Below are positions 55,345 to 64,000 of a stretch of DNA of 64,000 nucleotides, piece by piece (position 1 is the stretch's first letter; each line of letters starts with the position of its first letter). The translations under genes and the position numbers were made by a program. A model generated the notes under the pieces. The model ran no database searches and had not been told where the DNA came from. It saw nothing but the letters and a program-made list of their open reading frames with translations. This DNA comes from a virus (taxonomy: Duplodnaviria; Caudoviricetes), in the IMG/VR virus record IMGVR_UViG_3300044878_000205, positions 1-64,000 of that record. One strand, 5' to 3'.

Positions 55345-56379
55345 TCAGGCTGCTTGATATTGTCGGATTCGCTGAAACAGGGATTCCGCAGAGACTGATT
55401 TTGGCGGGGCCAAAAGTGCGCCGAGCCGGTAACGCTTGATGATGGCCTGGGCGACCAGGGGCGCTGCTATGCCGATCAGCGTACCAATGATCAGGTGAGC
55501 TGCCGGCGTCTGCACCCCGAGCAACTTGCTAAGCGCGACTCGCGCACCGCTCCCCGCAAGAATATGCATCAGATAAATCGTCATTGACGACGCTCCTACA
55601 TACATGAGCCACTTTATGTTTATTCGGCTGAGGCACATGGATACTGCAACAATGAAGAGTATTGAAACTGTTGCGAGAATTAAAGATTCAATCCCTTCTG
55701 ATTCAGAAGACAACGCCATGACGTCATGAAAAATATATTGCCCGGCTATAAACAGGGCGCCAAAAGCAATTGCAAGTGCTGCGTACGTCCTCTCGAATAT
55801 TGATTTTATATCGTCGAAGCAAATCCCAAGGATGAAGAAAAATGTATTCCCCAGGATGAATTCAGTGATCATATTTGAAGGCATAGCACCCTTGATGGTG
55901 TATAGAACAGCAAAGGCAGTTAGTATCAATAAACTCCGAGACTTATCAAATAGCGTGTACACCAATGAGCTGGTGACGAATACCAAAAATAATGCATACA
56001 AGAACCAGAACTGAGCCCTTGGCTCCCACGCGAACGACAGAACCTCGCCGAATGTCACGCTGCCATTTGTGTATTTTGACAGGACGCTTTCCATGGAACC
56101 CTGCAGTAGAGACCATATAACGAATGGGTAAAGTATCGTGTCGACCTTGTTAATTATCAGGCCTGTTGCGCCGCGGCTTTTGAGGGAGTTGTAAAAAAAC
56201 AGGCCTGACAGGAAAAAGAAAAGAGGCATGTGGAAGCTGTAAATAATGCTGTCCACCAGCTGGAATATGCTTTCATCCATCTGCATCCCAGCACTGTGTA
56301 CGCCGCGCGCAACATGCCCGTACACGACAAGGATTATTCCTATTGCCTTTGCGTAGTCTACCCAGGAATTTCTTTCCAT
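55345..56379 (-). CDS. Acyltransferase-3 (NolL / fucose O-acetylase-like), moron
   Basis: WVDYAKAIGIILVVYGH, FHMPLFFFLSG, WFLYALF and IYLMH motifs; AT-rich. Confidence 0.9.
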   Translation of the reverse strand: MERNSWVDYAKAIGIILVVYGHVARGVHSAGMQMDESIFQLVDSIIYSFHMPLFFFLSGLFFYNSLKSRGATGLIINKVDTILYPFVIWSLLQGSMESVLSKYTNGSVTFGEVLSFAWEPRAQFWFLYALFLVFVTSSLVYTLFDKSRSLLILTAFAVLYTIKGAMPSNMITEFILGNTFFFILGICFDDIKSIFERTYAALAIAFGALFIAGQYIFHDVMALSSESEGIESLILATVSILFIVAVSMCLSRINIKWLMYVGASSMTIYLMHILAGSGARVALSKLLGVQTPAAHLIIGTLIGIAAPLVAQAIIKRYRLGALLAPPKSVSAESLFQRIRQYQAA

Positions 56380-56686
56380 TATTTTGGTCTCGGTTAGGGA
56401 AGGGGAGTTGCGATGAGTGCTGCGCTAGCGCTAATTGTGGCTGGCCAGAAACTGGCTACGATGATCGCGACTGACAACCCAGTATTTTATGAGCGGACAG
56501 CGATGCGTCACGCCACCCAGTATCAATCCGCTGATAAGTTTATCTATCTGTTATTCATCTAGAGCGTCATTAGTCAGACGGTTTTTAACAGTTGTGATGT
56601 TTTATGCTCGTCATGCAGCAGCCGTTACTGCATATCCCCTCGAATGCCCGCCCAGTCGCGGGCTTTTTTACGCCTGGAGAAAGGTT

Positions 56687-57112
56687 ATGAACGCAACCGA
56701 GAAAGACCGCGACATCCTCGCCCGCACCTTGTGGGGCGAGGCCCGCGGCGAGAGTCAGGCCGGCATGGAGGCGTGCGCCTGGACCATCCGTAATCGGGTG
56801 TTCGACGGCCGGGCTAAGTCCTGGTGGGGCGAAGGCTATGCCGGGGTGTGCCAGAAGGCCTGGCAGTTCAGCTGCTGGAACGCCAATGATCGCAACTCGC
56901 CGTACCTCAAAGGCGCCAAGCCGATTCCCGCCGGCGAATACAAGCAGGCGCTGGCGGTGGCCACCGCGGTGATGAGCGGGGCGGTGCCCGATCCCACCGG
57001 CGGCGCCACCCACTACTACGCGAGCAGCATGCCCAAGGCCCCGGCCTGGGTGAAGGGCGCCACGCTGACGCTCAAGCTCGGCGGGCACCTGTTCTATAAG
57101 GATGTGCCGTGA
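56687..57112 (+). CDS. SleB-family endolysin (copy 2)
   Basis: Homologue of 18056..18481. Confidence 0.92.
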   Translation: MNATEKDRDILARTLWGEARGESQAGMEACAWTIRNRVFDGRAKSWWGEGYAGVCQKAWQFSCWNANDRNSPYLKGAKPIPAGEYKQALAVATAVMSGAVPDPTGGATHYYASSMPKAPAWVKGATLTLKLGGHLFYKDVP

Positions 57113-57630
57113 GCCCCGCGGCGTGGAAGCTGACGGTGCTCGGGGTGGTGCTCCTGGTGCTGCTCAGCGCGGCCGGTGTGTGGCAGGTCCAGGACTGGCG
57201 CTATGGTCAGCAGCTGGCCCAGCAGGCCACGGCCCATCAAGCCGATCTGACCGTCCTGGGCAATGCCGCGGCGGCCCAGCTGCAGACCGATCAAGCCCGG
57301 CGCCTGGCCCTCGAGCAGCGCTTGGCCACCCTCGATCAATCCCACCACAAGGAACTGTCCGATGCGCACACCCTGCAGGCTCGCCTGCGTGACCGCCTGG
57401 CTACTGCTGATCTGCGGCTGTCAGTCCTCCTCGCCACGCCTGCAGCCGGTGGCGACCCAGTGCCCGCCACCCCCGGCACCGGCGGCGTGGTTCATGGAGG
57501 CGCGCGCGGCGAACTTGACCGAGCGGCTGCTCAACGAATTGTCGCCATCACCGGCGCCGGCGATGACGGACTGATTGCCCTGGCGGCCTGTCAGGCCTAT
57601 GTGCGTGAGATCACGGCGCGGCCCCCATAG
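57109..57630 (+). CDS. i-spanin (copy 2)
   Basis: Homologue of 18478..19047. Confidence 0.88.
   Translation: MSPAAWKLTVLGVVLLVLLSAAGVWQVQDWRYGQQLAQQATAHQADLTVLGNAAAAQLQTDQARRLALEQRLATLDQSHHKELSDAHTLQARLRDRLATADLRLSVLLATPAAGGDPVPATPGTGGVVHGGARGELDRAAAQRIVAITGAGDDGLIALAACQAYVREITARPP
57362..57574 (+). CDS. Embedded o-spanin (copy 2)
   Basis: LICGC lipobox-like motif and CPPPPAP. Confidence 0.82.
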   Translation: MRTPCRLACVTAWLLLICGCQSSSPRLQPVATQCPPPPAPAAWFMEARAANLTERLLNELSPSPAPAMTD

Positions 57631-57868
57631 GCACGGGCGCCGCGGCCCCGGCCACGCTGGGGGCGAACGAAACGTTTTGATTTGCGGACGGGTTGGCGAC
57701 TACTATCGGTGGGCGCCGGGTGGGACGATGGTGTCTTTTGGAGCGTTGCGCTCCGGTCCCGCGGAAAAATATTAAACAGTATTGATGTTAAATACACGGC
57801 GCCTTTGCTATGCTTTTGCCGTCTGGCACGAAAGCCAGGGAAGAATTAGAACTAAAATAAGGGCTTAG

Positions 57869-57946
57869 AAAAAAGAAAACCCCAGGCCGGCAAGCCTAGG
57901 GTTTTCGGTGATCGATCCGCAAAACAAACTCCGGAAGACCCTCGCA
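57869..57946 (-). ncRNA. Predicted copy-control antisense RNA (copy 2)
   Basis: Minus-strand TTGCAC-N17-TAAACT and the same terminator hairpin. Confidence 0.7.
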
Positions 57947-58002
57947 GGTCGGAGTTTAGTGGACGGTCCCCTTCTGTGCAAGCCCGTTGCTGGGGAGCAA
58001 CC

Positions 58003-58101
58003 ATGCTGCATTTCGACCGTTTGCCGCGGCTACATCCGCGGTCCGTCCGCACCACCCGCACCCTTGCCGCCGCTGTCGGCGTCGTAAGGGGCTCGCTATG
58101 A
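58003..58101 (+). CDS. Rep leader peptide (32 aa, copy 2)
   Basis: MLHFDRLPRLHPRSVRTTRTLAAAVGVVRGSL; ATGA overlap with rep. Confidence 0.75.
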   Translation: MLHFDRLPRLHPRSVRTTRTLAAAVGVVRGSL

Positions 58102-58991
58102 GCCTGCGTGTGGTCAAGTCGTTTCTCCCGGCGGGCTCGCCGGCCAGCGCGGTGTATGCCGCCCTCGATGCCGCCCTCGATGCGCCTGCCGCCGCCCCGC
58201 AACAGCCCCCCTTTAAGAAAGTCCTGCCGCCGGTCGGCCATATGGCCGTGCGTCGTCCGCGCCGTTTGTCGGCCAAGCAGGCGTCGACCTTCCTCGGTGA
58301 AGCGGTCAAGCGCATCAAGGCCGAGGCCAGCGACCGCACCGGTAAATACCTGCGCTGCCTGGACACCGTGCACCAAGCCGGCGGCCGCACCCGCGCCGAG
58401 CGCTGGCAGGCCCTGGCAGCGATTGCCGAGCCGCTGTTGGCCCGTCTGGACATTGCCACCGGCTGCCTGGGCTACCTGGACCAACACGGCCAGTTCCGCC
58501 TCAACCGGCAGAACGGCTTGGCCGAGGATGCCGGCATCAGCCCGACCCGCCTGTGCCGGCTGCTGAAGGCCCTGGAGAAAGCCAAGTACACCCTGCGCAA
58601 GATCAAGCGCCTGTATCGCAACGGTAAGCGCTGGGTCTGCCGCATCACCATCTATGTGCGCCCGCGCTTCTTTATCGACCTCGGCCTGGGCTTCCTGCAC
58701 GCCGCCTCGCGCACCGCCAAGGCCAAGGCCTACCTGAAGAAGCGCCGCCAGGCGCAGGCCGTGCAGCAGCAAGCGCTGCTCGATGACGTGGCCGCCGCGC
58801 ATGACCGGCGCATGAGCCACCGCAACGCCGAGGCCGCCCGCGCCGAGACGCGCAAGGCCGCCGAGAACACCTCGCGCATCCAAGCGCTGCAGCACAAGGC
58901 CGGTGTCCTCTCGGACCTGGCCAAAGCCCACCCGGGCAAGGGCCATGCCGAGTTGATGGCCCTCTACCACCAGCTCCACCCCGCCTCCTGA
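58098..58991 (+). CDS. RepA-like initiator (copy 2)
   Basis: Homologue of 19456..20349. Confidence 0.7.
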   Translation: MSLRVVKSFLPAGSPASAVYAALDAALDAPAAAPQQPPFKKVLPPVGHMAVRRPRRLSAKQASTFLGEAVKRIKAEASDRTGKYLRCLDTVHQAGGRTRAERWQALAAIAEPLLARLDIATGCLGYLDQHGQFRLNRQNGLAEDAGISPTRLCRLLKALEKAKYTLRKIKRLYRNGKRWVCRITIYVRPRFFIDLGLGFLHAASRTAKAKAYLKKRRQAQAVQQQALLDDVAAAHDRRMSHRNAEAARAETRKAAENTSRIQALQHKAGVLSDLAKAHPGKGHAELMALYHQLHPAS

Positions 58992-59844
58992 GCCCCGCTC
59001 AACCCGCCCCGCTACCGGCGGTGCGTTCGCGTGTCCGCTCGTCTGTCAGCCCCGCACAACCCCCTGTCCTACGCCGTTTACGGTCCCCGCCACGCCAGTT
59101 TTCTCACGCCAATTCCCCTGCAGCCCCGTCCTTTTCCCGCGCGCCCGTCCAGGCCCCTAAAGCCTTTGGAATAACTGCAATTTTAGAGGTCGAGTGGTAC
59201 CACCCAAGGGTTAGAAACAGAGCCTTTCGGTTCAGTGGAGTGCTCTAGATCGGGACCTGACTCGATGCCATAGAAAGAATGCCTGCCCACTTCGCGCCTG
59301 GAGGCGCGGGGCAAGGGCACCCCTCGGCGTCGGTGCCGCCGCCGTTCCGTCAGTGAGGCGCCCTCCAGTTGCTGTGGGCCGGTCGGCGAGCGATTCCGAC
59401 CGCCACACCGCGTGCCGTCCCTTCGCGCCTTCACGCGCCGCCTGCGGCCAGTCAGTCGCGCAAGCGCTCCAGTGATCAATGAGCGGGGTGGGCTTGCCGA
59501 TTTTTCCCAGCCTGAAGCGCCGCGTGGCCTGTTCGGGCGTCGTCGGGTCTTCAGGTAAGGCGTGGCGTCAGGTAAGGCGGCGCGTGGTGCAGGCGCGCTG
59601 TGGTGGGCTCGGGCGTCAGGGCTGGTGCGCGCTCGGCCGGCGCGAAGGGACGGCGGGCGGTGGCGGTGGTCGCTGGATCTGCCGCCCGTGGCGAAATGTC
59701 TGAAAGCCTTGCGCGGCATGGCTTGCCGACCGTTTTTAACGTGAGAAGTTTCATAGGCGAATTAGCGAATTAGCTATTGAGATAAGCCGGTCGCTATGTA
59801 AAATGCCTCGTCCCCGGGCATTCCTGCCTGGCCCAGATGGAGCT

Positions 59845-60078
59845 GTGCCGTTGAGTTGCCAAGCCTTACACACCCAAATGAAGGAACATGCCCGGTGTCT
59901 GTCCCTGCCTCAAGTGGTCCGGTCGATTGAGAACCTGGGCGGCGGGAACTTGCCGGCGATTGAGCTGATCTTGCGCAGCCTGCTGCTCGATGTGTACGCC
60001 GAGCGTCAGGGCCTCGAGGCCGCCCGGCGGCTGATGGCGCAGGTGGGCATTGCCCAGCCGGGCGTGTTGCTGGCATAA
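59845..60078 (+). CDS. Conserved hypothetical protein (copy 2)
   Basis: Homologue of 21176..21409. Confidence 0.7.
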   Translation: MPLSCQALHTQMKEHARCLSLPQVVRSIENLGGGNLPAIELILRSLLLDVYAERQGLEAARRLMAQVGIAQPGVLLA

Positions 60079-60117
60079 CCTGAACTCCTCCCGGTGCGAC
60101 TGAAAGGAACCCCCGCC

Positions 60118-60342
60118 ATGCCGATGATCGACAGTGACACTTTCAAAGCCGAACTGGATGCCGCGAACGCTGCCCGCGAAGCGCTGGTAGACCATCAGAT
60201 TTTGCCGAAGCCGTATGATCGTGAGTGGCATCAAGCCGAAGGCGTGCGTCTGCTGGAGGCCTATCAGGCCGCCACCAATACGCTGGCCCATCAAATGAAA
60301 AGAGTGGTCGAGCTGGCCGAGACCGTGGCCCTGATTGGGTAG
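60118..60342 (+). CDS. Cassette-like ORF A (74 aa)
   Basis: Starts in the shared 19-nt leader. Confidence 0.72.
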   Translation: MPMIDSDTFKAELDAANAAREALVDHQILPKPYDREWHQAEGVRLLEAYQAATNTLAHQMKRVVELAETVALIG

Positions 60343-60384
60343 GCCCGTCGCGTTACCCCTAACGAACTGAAAGGAACCCCCGCC

Positions 60385-60633
60385 ATGTTCGACGAGTCCC
60401 CGCCGCTCACCGATGCCCAGGTCGCGGCCTTGGCCAAGCCCGGCGAAAGCTGGGCGGCCGCCCGCGACCGCGCCGCGCGCTTGTACCGCTGCGTGGTCGA
60501 GTGCTGGCCGTGCCCCGTCTGCAACGCCGGCGGCGTGCAGCCGTATGGCGGCTGGATTGAGGATGAGTTCAACGGCTGCGGCACTTGCGCCGCGATGTGG
60601 CGACATTTGCCCAAGCGCCCGAATAGTTTTTGA
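60385..60633 (+). CDS. Cassette-like ORF B (82 aa, two CxxC motifs)
   Basis: Starts in the shared 19-nt leader. Confidence 0.72.
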   Translation: MFDESPPLTDAQVAALAKPGESWAAARDRAARLYRCVVECWPCPVCNAGGVQPYGGWIEDEFNGCGTCAAMWRHLPKRPNSF

Positions 60634-60652
60634 CGAGAAAGGAACCCCCGCC

Positions 60653-60904
60653 ATGGAAAAAATAGTCCCGATTGACATTGATGAAAGTTGCGTCGAGCTG
60701 GTGCAGCGCTTCCAGGCCCTCGACCGCCAGGTCAACGACATGATCTTTGGCCCGCCGGGCTACGATCATGCGGTTGTGGAGGCGTTGCAGACTGAGCGCG
60801 CCAATGTCAGCAACCTGGCCATGTTTCACCTCGGCGTGGCGTTCCGGACGTGTGGCTATTTCGATGGACCGGGCGAAGCCGCCTCGAGGGAAATCGAAGA
60901 GTAG
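60653..60904 (+). CDS. Cassette-like ORF C (83 aa)
   Basis: Starts in the shared 19-nt leader; ends 5 bp before the dif-like site. Confidence 0.72.
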   Translation: MEKIVPIDIDESCVELVQRFQALDRQVNDMIFGPPGYDHAVVEALQTERANVSNLAMFHLGVAFRTCGYFDGPGEAASREIEE

Positions 60905-60909
60905 GCCGC

Positions 60910-60937
60910 GTTACCCATAACGCCGTTTATGTGAAAT
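60910..60937. other. dif-like XerC/XerD recombination site 2
   Basis: GTTACCCATAA-CGCCGT-TTATGTGAAAT; XerC-type CATAA inner end, XerD arm 10/11. Confidence 0.75.
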
Positions 60938-61072
60938 CGGCCCCCCCCTTTCGACCAAAGGTGGGGGCCTTTTTTTGTGCTCGCCGTTACCAGAATGCTA
61001 TAAAATGGACTACCGTTTTATAGTGTTCTGGTTTTACGCAGAGCCCGCCACTCACTCGAAAGGAAACCGCCC

Positions 61073-61366
61073 GTGCCCTGTTACACGCTCTACGACGAAG
61101 ACCGAAACCCGCGAGGCCATCTGTGTGGCGACCTGGGCGCGCATTGCGGTGAGTGCGGTGACCTCGGCACGAACCTGTGCGATTACCCGGTGGGTCAAGG
61201 CAAGACCTGCGACCGCCTGCTGTGCGATTACCACGCCCAACTGATCGCGCCGAACCTGCATTACTGCAGCCCGCATGCAGTCGAGTGGCGCGCGTTTCGC
61301 GATGCCGGCGGCGTGCGCCAGGAGCTGGAGAACGTGATTGCCTTTAAGGAGGAAAAGAAGAAATGA
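61073..61366 (+). CDS. Cys/His-rich putative Zn-binding protein, copy-2-specific
   Basis: CGEC...LCDY...TCD..LC..H...YC..H; AAAGGA RBS. Confidence 0.75.
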   Translation: MPCYTLYDEDRNPRGHLCGDLGAHCGECGDLGTNLCDYPVGQGKTCDRLLCDYHAQLIAPNLHYCSPHAVEWRAFRDAGGVRQELENVIAFKEEKKK

Positions 61367-61569
61367 ACAACCGTCACGGCCTGGACGTGGACCGGTTCCG
61401 CCGCAAGGTGCTGCGCCTGGCGCGTGACCTGGAGCAGTCCACCCCGGTCGAATTCGCCCGGGCTTGTGCACGTCTGTCGCGTGCGGCTGACGCGGCGCTG
61501 TCGGCTCAGGCAGAGTACGCCCGCCCAGGGCCGGCCCTCGACGATTTAGACCTGCAGGAGGAGCGCTAA
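61363..61569 (+). CDS. Conserved small protein (copy 2)
   Basis: Homologue of 23263..23469. Confidence 0.75.
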   Translation: MNNRHGLDVDRFRRKVLRLARDLEQSTPVEFARACARLSRAADAALSAQAEYARPGPALDDLDLQEER

Positions 61570-61967
61570 TGCCCCGTTATTGGATTCGCTACACCGTGAC
61601 CAACGCGCGCCGCAGCTCGGAGCACACGCGCACCCTCGACACCGAGTTTCCGCTGGAATACGACAGCGATATCGCGGCGCTGCAAAAGACCTTGGAGGCC
61701 GCCCGCGGCCCCGGCAGCACCGTGACCCTGACCACCTGGCGCGAACTCAAGGGCGAGTCGCGCTACGTCGATCCGTGGTCGACCCTCAGCAACCCCTTGG
61801 CCAATCCGCAACAGCCGGTGGGCTGGCTGTACACCCTGCACCTGGATGACGCGCGCACCGTCACCCGCTTCAGCTGGACCCCGGAGAACCCGTTCGGTGA
61901 GCTCGACGCCGGCCAGGCACTGACGGTGTCGCGGCTGCGGCTGGACCTGGACGAGGCGGCGCCGTGA
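61569..61967 (+). CDS. Conserved hypothetical protein (copy 2)
   Basis: Homologue of 23469..23867. Confidence 0.75.
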   Translation: MPRYWIRYTVTNARRSSEHTRTLDTEFPLEYDSDIAALQKTLEAARGPGSTVTLTTWRELKGESRYVDPWSTLSNPLANPQQPVGWLYTLHLDDARTVTRFSWTPENPFGELDAGQALTVSRLRLDLDEAAP

Positions 61968-62065
61968 GACATGCGCAAACCATCCCCCTCGGTGGGGCAG
62001 TTGGCCGCGCCGCGCCGCTGTGGCAAGGTGCGTGCCAGTCTCACGGATTTGAAACGAGGGTATGC

Positions 62066-62317
62066 ATGATTGGGAAGTCACTGGATGAGGACGCATTGCG
62101 CCTGCTGCTGAGCCAGAACGCGGTGCGCGAGTGCAAGGTGGCCCGGCAAAAGCAGGCGCCGCAGCGCTGGACCCTGGAGGTGCGCCTGGGCGGATCGCAG
62201 GCGCGCTGGATACCGCTGCGCTCACGCCGTGAGCCGGTGCGCACCTGGGCCAGCCTGGACACCCTGGAGCGCTTCACCAATAGCGTGGGGATTCTGGCGT
62301 TTCTCGTGGAGTCGTGA
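62066..62317 (+). CDS. Small conserved protein (copy 2)
   Basis: Homologue of 24020..24271. Confidence 0.6.
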   Translation: MIGKSLDEDALRLLLSQNAVRECKVARQKQAPQRWTLEVRLGGSQARWIPLRSRREPVRTWASLDTLERFTNSVGILAFLVES

Positions 62318-62381
62318 CCGGTCACACGCGCACAAAAAAGCCCCGAACCAGTCGGGGCTTTTTGTTGCTGGAGGAAAGGTC

Positions 62382-62525
62382 CTAGCGGTTCCAGCGCGCC
62401 AGGGCCAAGGCTTGTTTGGTCTTGGGTGAGCAGGTGGCGAGGAAGTAGGCCATCTGCCGCGCGGAAATCTGCAGCAGTTCGTTCAGCGGTTTAGCGCGCA
62501 GGGTGATATATTCGTGCTCTGACAT
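62382..62525 (-). CDS. 47-aa microprotein (copy 2)
   Basis: Homologue of 24336..24479. Confidence 0.65.
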   Translation of the reverse strand: MSEHEYITLRAKPLNELLQISARQMAYFLATCSPKTKQALALARWNR

Positions 62526-62600
62526 GTCGTGTACCTTTTGCGGGGTTTCGGTGTGTTATGAGCGTCCAGGTCTTCGACCACCTGGACGCTCGCTCCCTTC

Positions 62601-62894
62601 TCAGTTGCTGGGTTCCCAGCCTTTCTTTTTCATGTAATCGGCCATCGCTTCTTTCAGCGCATCCACTTGCGCAATGTCGTTGCTCGCACAAAAGGTGCGG
62701 AAGTTGCGGCGGTATTCGTGCGCGACCTTGAAGCCCAGGTCGACCAGTTTGTTATCGGCCGGCACCTTGGTGTTGTTGCCGACGCTGGCCGTTTCGGCGG
62801 CAGACTGGGGCGGCTCGCCCAACGTGCTGCGGCGGGGTGGCTTGGCCACTTTGACGGCGGGGGTTTCGGGGGTCTTGGCGGTCTTGGTCGGCAT
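62601..62894 (-). CDS. RHH partition partner (copy 2)
   Basis: Homologue of 24555..24851. Confidence 0.75.
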   Translation of the reverse strand: MPTKTAKTPETPAVKVAKPPRRSTLGEPPQSAAETASVGNNTKVPADNKLVDLGFKVAHEYRRNFRTFCASNDIAQVDALKEAMADYMKKKGWEPSN

Positions 62895-62972
62895 GGCGGT
62901 GATCCTGTGGGTAGTGGTTGGAGCTTAGCAGGCATTGCGCTAATTAGCGAATTCGCTAATTAGCTGTTGAGG

Positions 62973-63626
62973 TCAGGCCGCGGTCAGCCGCTCGAAGTGG
63001 TCGACGGCGGACTGGATGACTTCCAGGGCCTTGGCGCGCGGCCCCTTGTACGGGGTTTCGATAATCGAACGGCCTTCGTTCATGGCGTTGGCATAGGCGT
63101 CCTGGTGCTGGATCGCGCCGTCGAGCACGGCAAAGCGGGTCTTGCCCAGGTATTCACGTGCCGCGTCAATCGGCGCCTTGCGCGCGGTGGCCTTGCACAA
63201 GGCGTAGACGATGCGCTCCACCGGAATGCCGTGTTGATCGACCAGGCTGTTGGCCAGGGCGACCTGGGGTTCGAGGTCATCCAGGGTCAAGCCGGTAGGC
63301 AGAATCAGCAGCTGACAGGCTTTGGCGATCCGCACGGTTTCTTCGGTGGCGTTGGCCGGGCCATCGAAAATGAACAGGTCGGCATCCCCCGCGCGGCTGA
63401 GGGCGGTGGCGACGTTGCCATACAGTTGCACGGGCACATCGGGGGTGATGTTGGCGAACAGCCGGCGGCGTTGCCAGTTGGTGGCGGTGGCTTGTTTGGT
63501 GTCGAGGTCGATGATCTTCACCGCCCAGCTGGCCTGGGTGTACGCGGTGGCGAGGGCGCGGGCGAGGGTCGATTTCCACGCGCCGCCTTTCTGAGAAATG
63601 CAGCCAATGCCGTAGGGGTTTTGCAT
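62973..63626 (-). CDS. parA: ParA ATPase (copy 2)
   Basis: Homologue of 24930..25583; flanked by the same 8-bp arrays (62939-62965, 63645-63740). Confidence 0.9.
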   Translation of the reverse strand: MQNPYGIGCISQKGGAWKSTLARALATAYTQASWAVKIIDLDTKQATATNWQRRRLFANITPDVPVQLYGNVATALSRAGDADLFIFDGPANATEETVRIAKACQLLILPTGLTLDDLEPQVALANSLVDQHGIPVERIVYALCKATARKAPIDAAREYLGKTRFAVLDGAIQHQDAYANAMNEGRSIIETPYKGPRAKALEVIQSAVDHFERLTAA

Positions 63627-63791
63627 GCGGGGTTTCCTTCTGGTCGAATTAGCGAATTCGCTAAGGTCGTGCCCAGTATAGGCGCCGCGGAAAAAGGTGC
63701 ATAGCTAATTTGCGAATTAGCTAATGGGCTAATTCGCAAATCTTGGGCAGGGGGGGGGCGAGAGCGGCTGGCGGTGACGGCGGGGGCTGCG

Positions 63792-64000
63792 TTACTGCGG
63801 GCTGGCGATAGCCATCTGTCCGGTCAGGTCGGACAGATGATCGGAGCTTTCCAACAACTGCGCGGCCAGTTCTGCGATGCGTTCCAGGGCATTTAGATCT
63901 CCTTCATTAATGGCCACCGTGGCGATTGCCCGAATGCCGGCGAGGCCCGCGCTGTTGCGGGTCAGGCGGGTAAACAGGTAGCGCTGGGTGTCTTCGGTGA
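63792..64000 (-). CDS. Conserved hypothetical protein, truncated by window edge
   Basis: Homologue of 25737..25988. Confidence 0.65.
   Translation of the reverse strand, partial: TEDTQRYLFTRLTRNSAGLAGIRAIATVAINEGDLNALERIAELAAQLLESSDHLSDLTGQMAIASPQ

Larger units (their letters stand above)
1..64000. mobile_element. Tandem array or cointegrate of related ~38-kb temperate phages with phage-plasmid features (two units, possibly parts of three)
   Basis: Portal-to-par gene order is repeated: 1 aligns with 38116, capsid 834 with 38949, lysin 18056 with 56687, parA start 25583 with 63626. No housekeeping genes seen. Confidence 0.93.

Noticed and set aside
60097-60655. CRISPR array or classical integron attC sites
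   Set aside because: Repeats are 19 nt, contain RBS and ATG, and are separated by ~250-bp ORFs; no cas genes and no attC stem structure seen.
1-64000. Simple assembly duplication of one prophage
   Set aside because: The copies differ by many substitutions, in-frame indels and whole-gene swaps. A chimeric join of two real phages cannot be excluded without reads.
1-64000. tRNA, rRNA or IS elements
   Set aside because: None recognised by eye; tRNAscan-type searches were not run.

Overview
No host genes are recognisable in this window; it is all phage. It holds head-to-tail copies of a ~38 kb temperate myophage. Positions 1-~25.96 kb are homologous to 38116-64000 (offset ~38.0-38.7 kb), with clearly diverged rather than identical copies, while ~26-38 kb (immunity, middle genes, tyrosine recombinase, holin, HNH, MTase, terminase, portal) occurs once. 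The virion combines an HK97-type head with a Mu/SfV-type contractile tail. The host is probably Pseudomonas-like (inference). Each copy also carries a plasmid maintenance kit, so the element looks like a phage-plasmid present as a tandem array or cointegrate: (1) an IncFII-RepA-like initiator with a predicted ~78-nt antisense RNA and a translationally coupled leader peptide; (2) a ParA plus ribbon-helix-helix pair with dispersed 8-bp-period repeat arrays; (3) a dif-like XerC/XerD site (22233-22260 and 60910-60937). Next to each dif-like site is a hypervariable set of small ORFs, four of which start with the same 19-nt leader GAAAGGAACCCCCGCCATG. A second hypervariable locus pairs a different tailspike with a different acyltransferase-3 gene in each copy. 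All product calls come from motif recognition and synteny only; no database searches were run.
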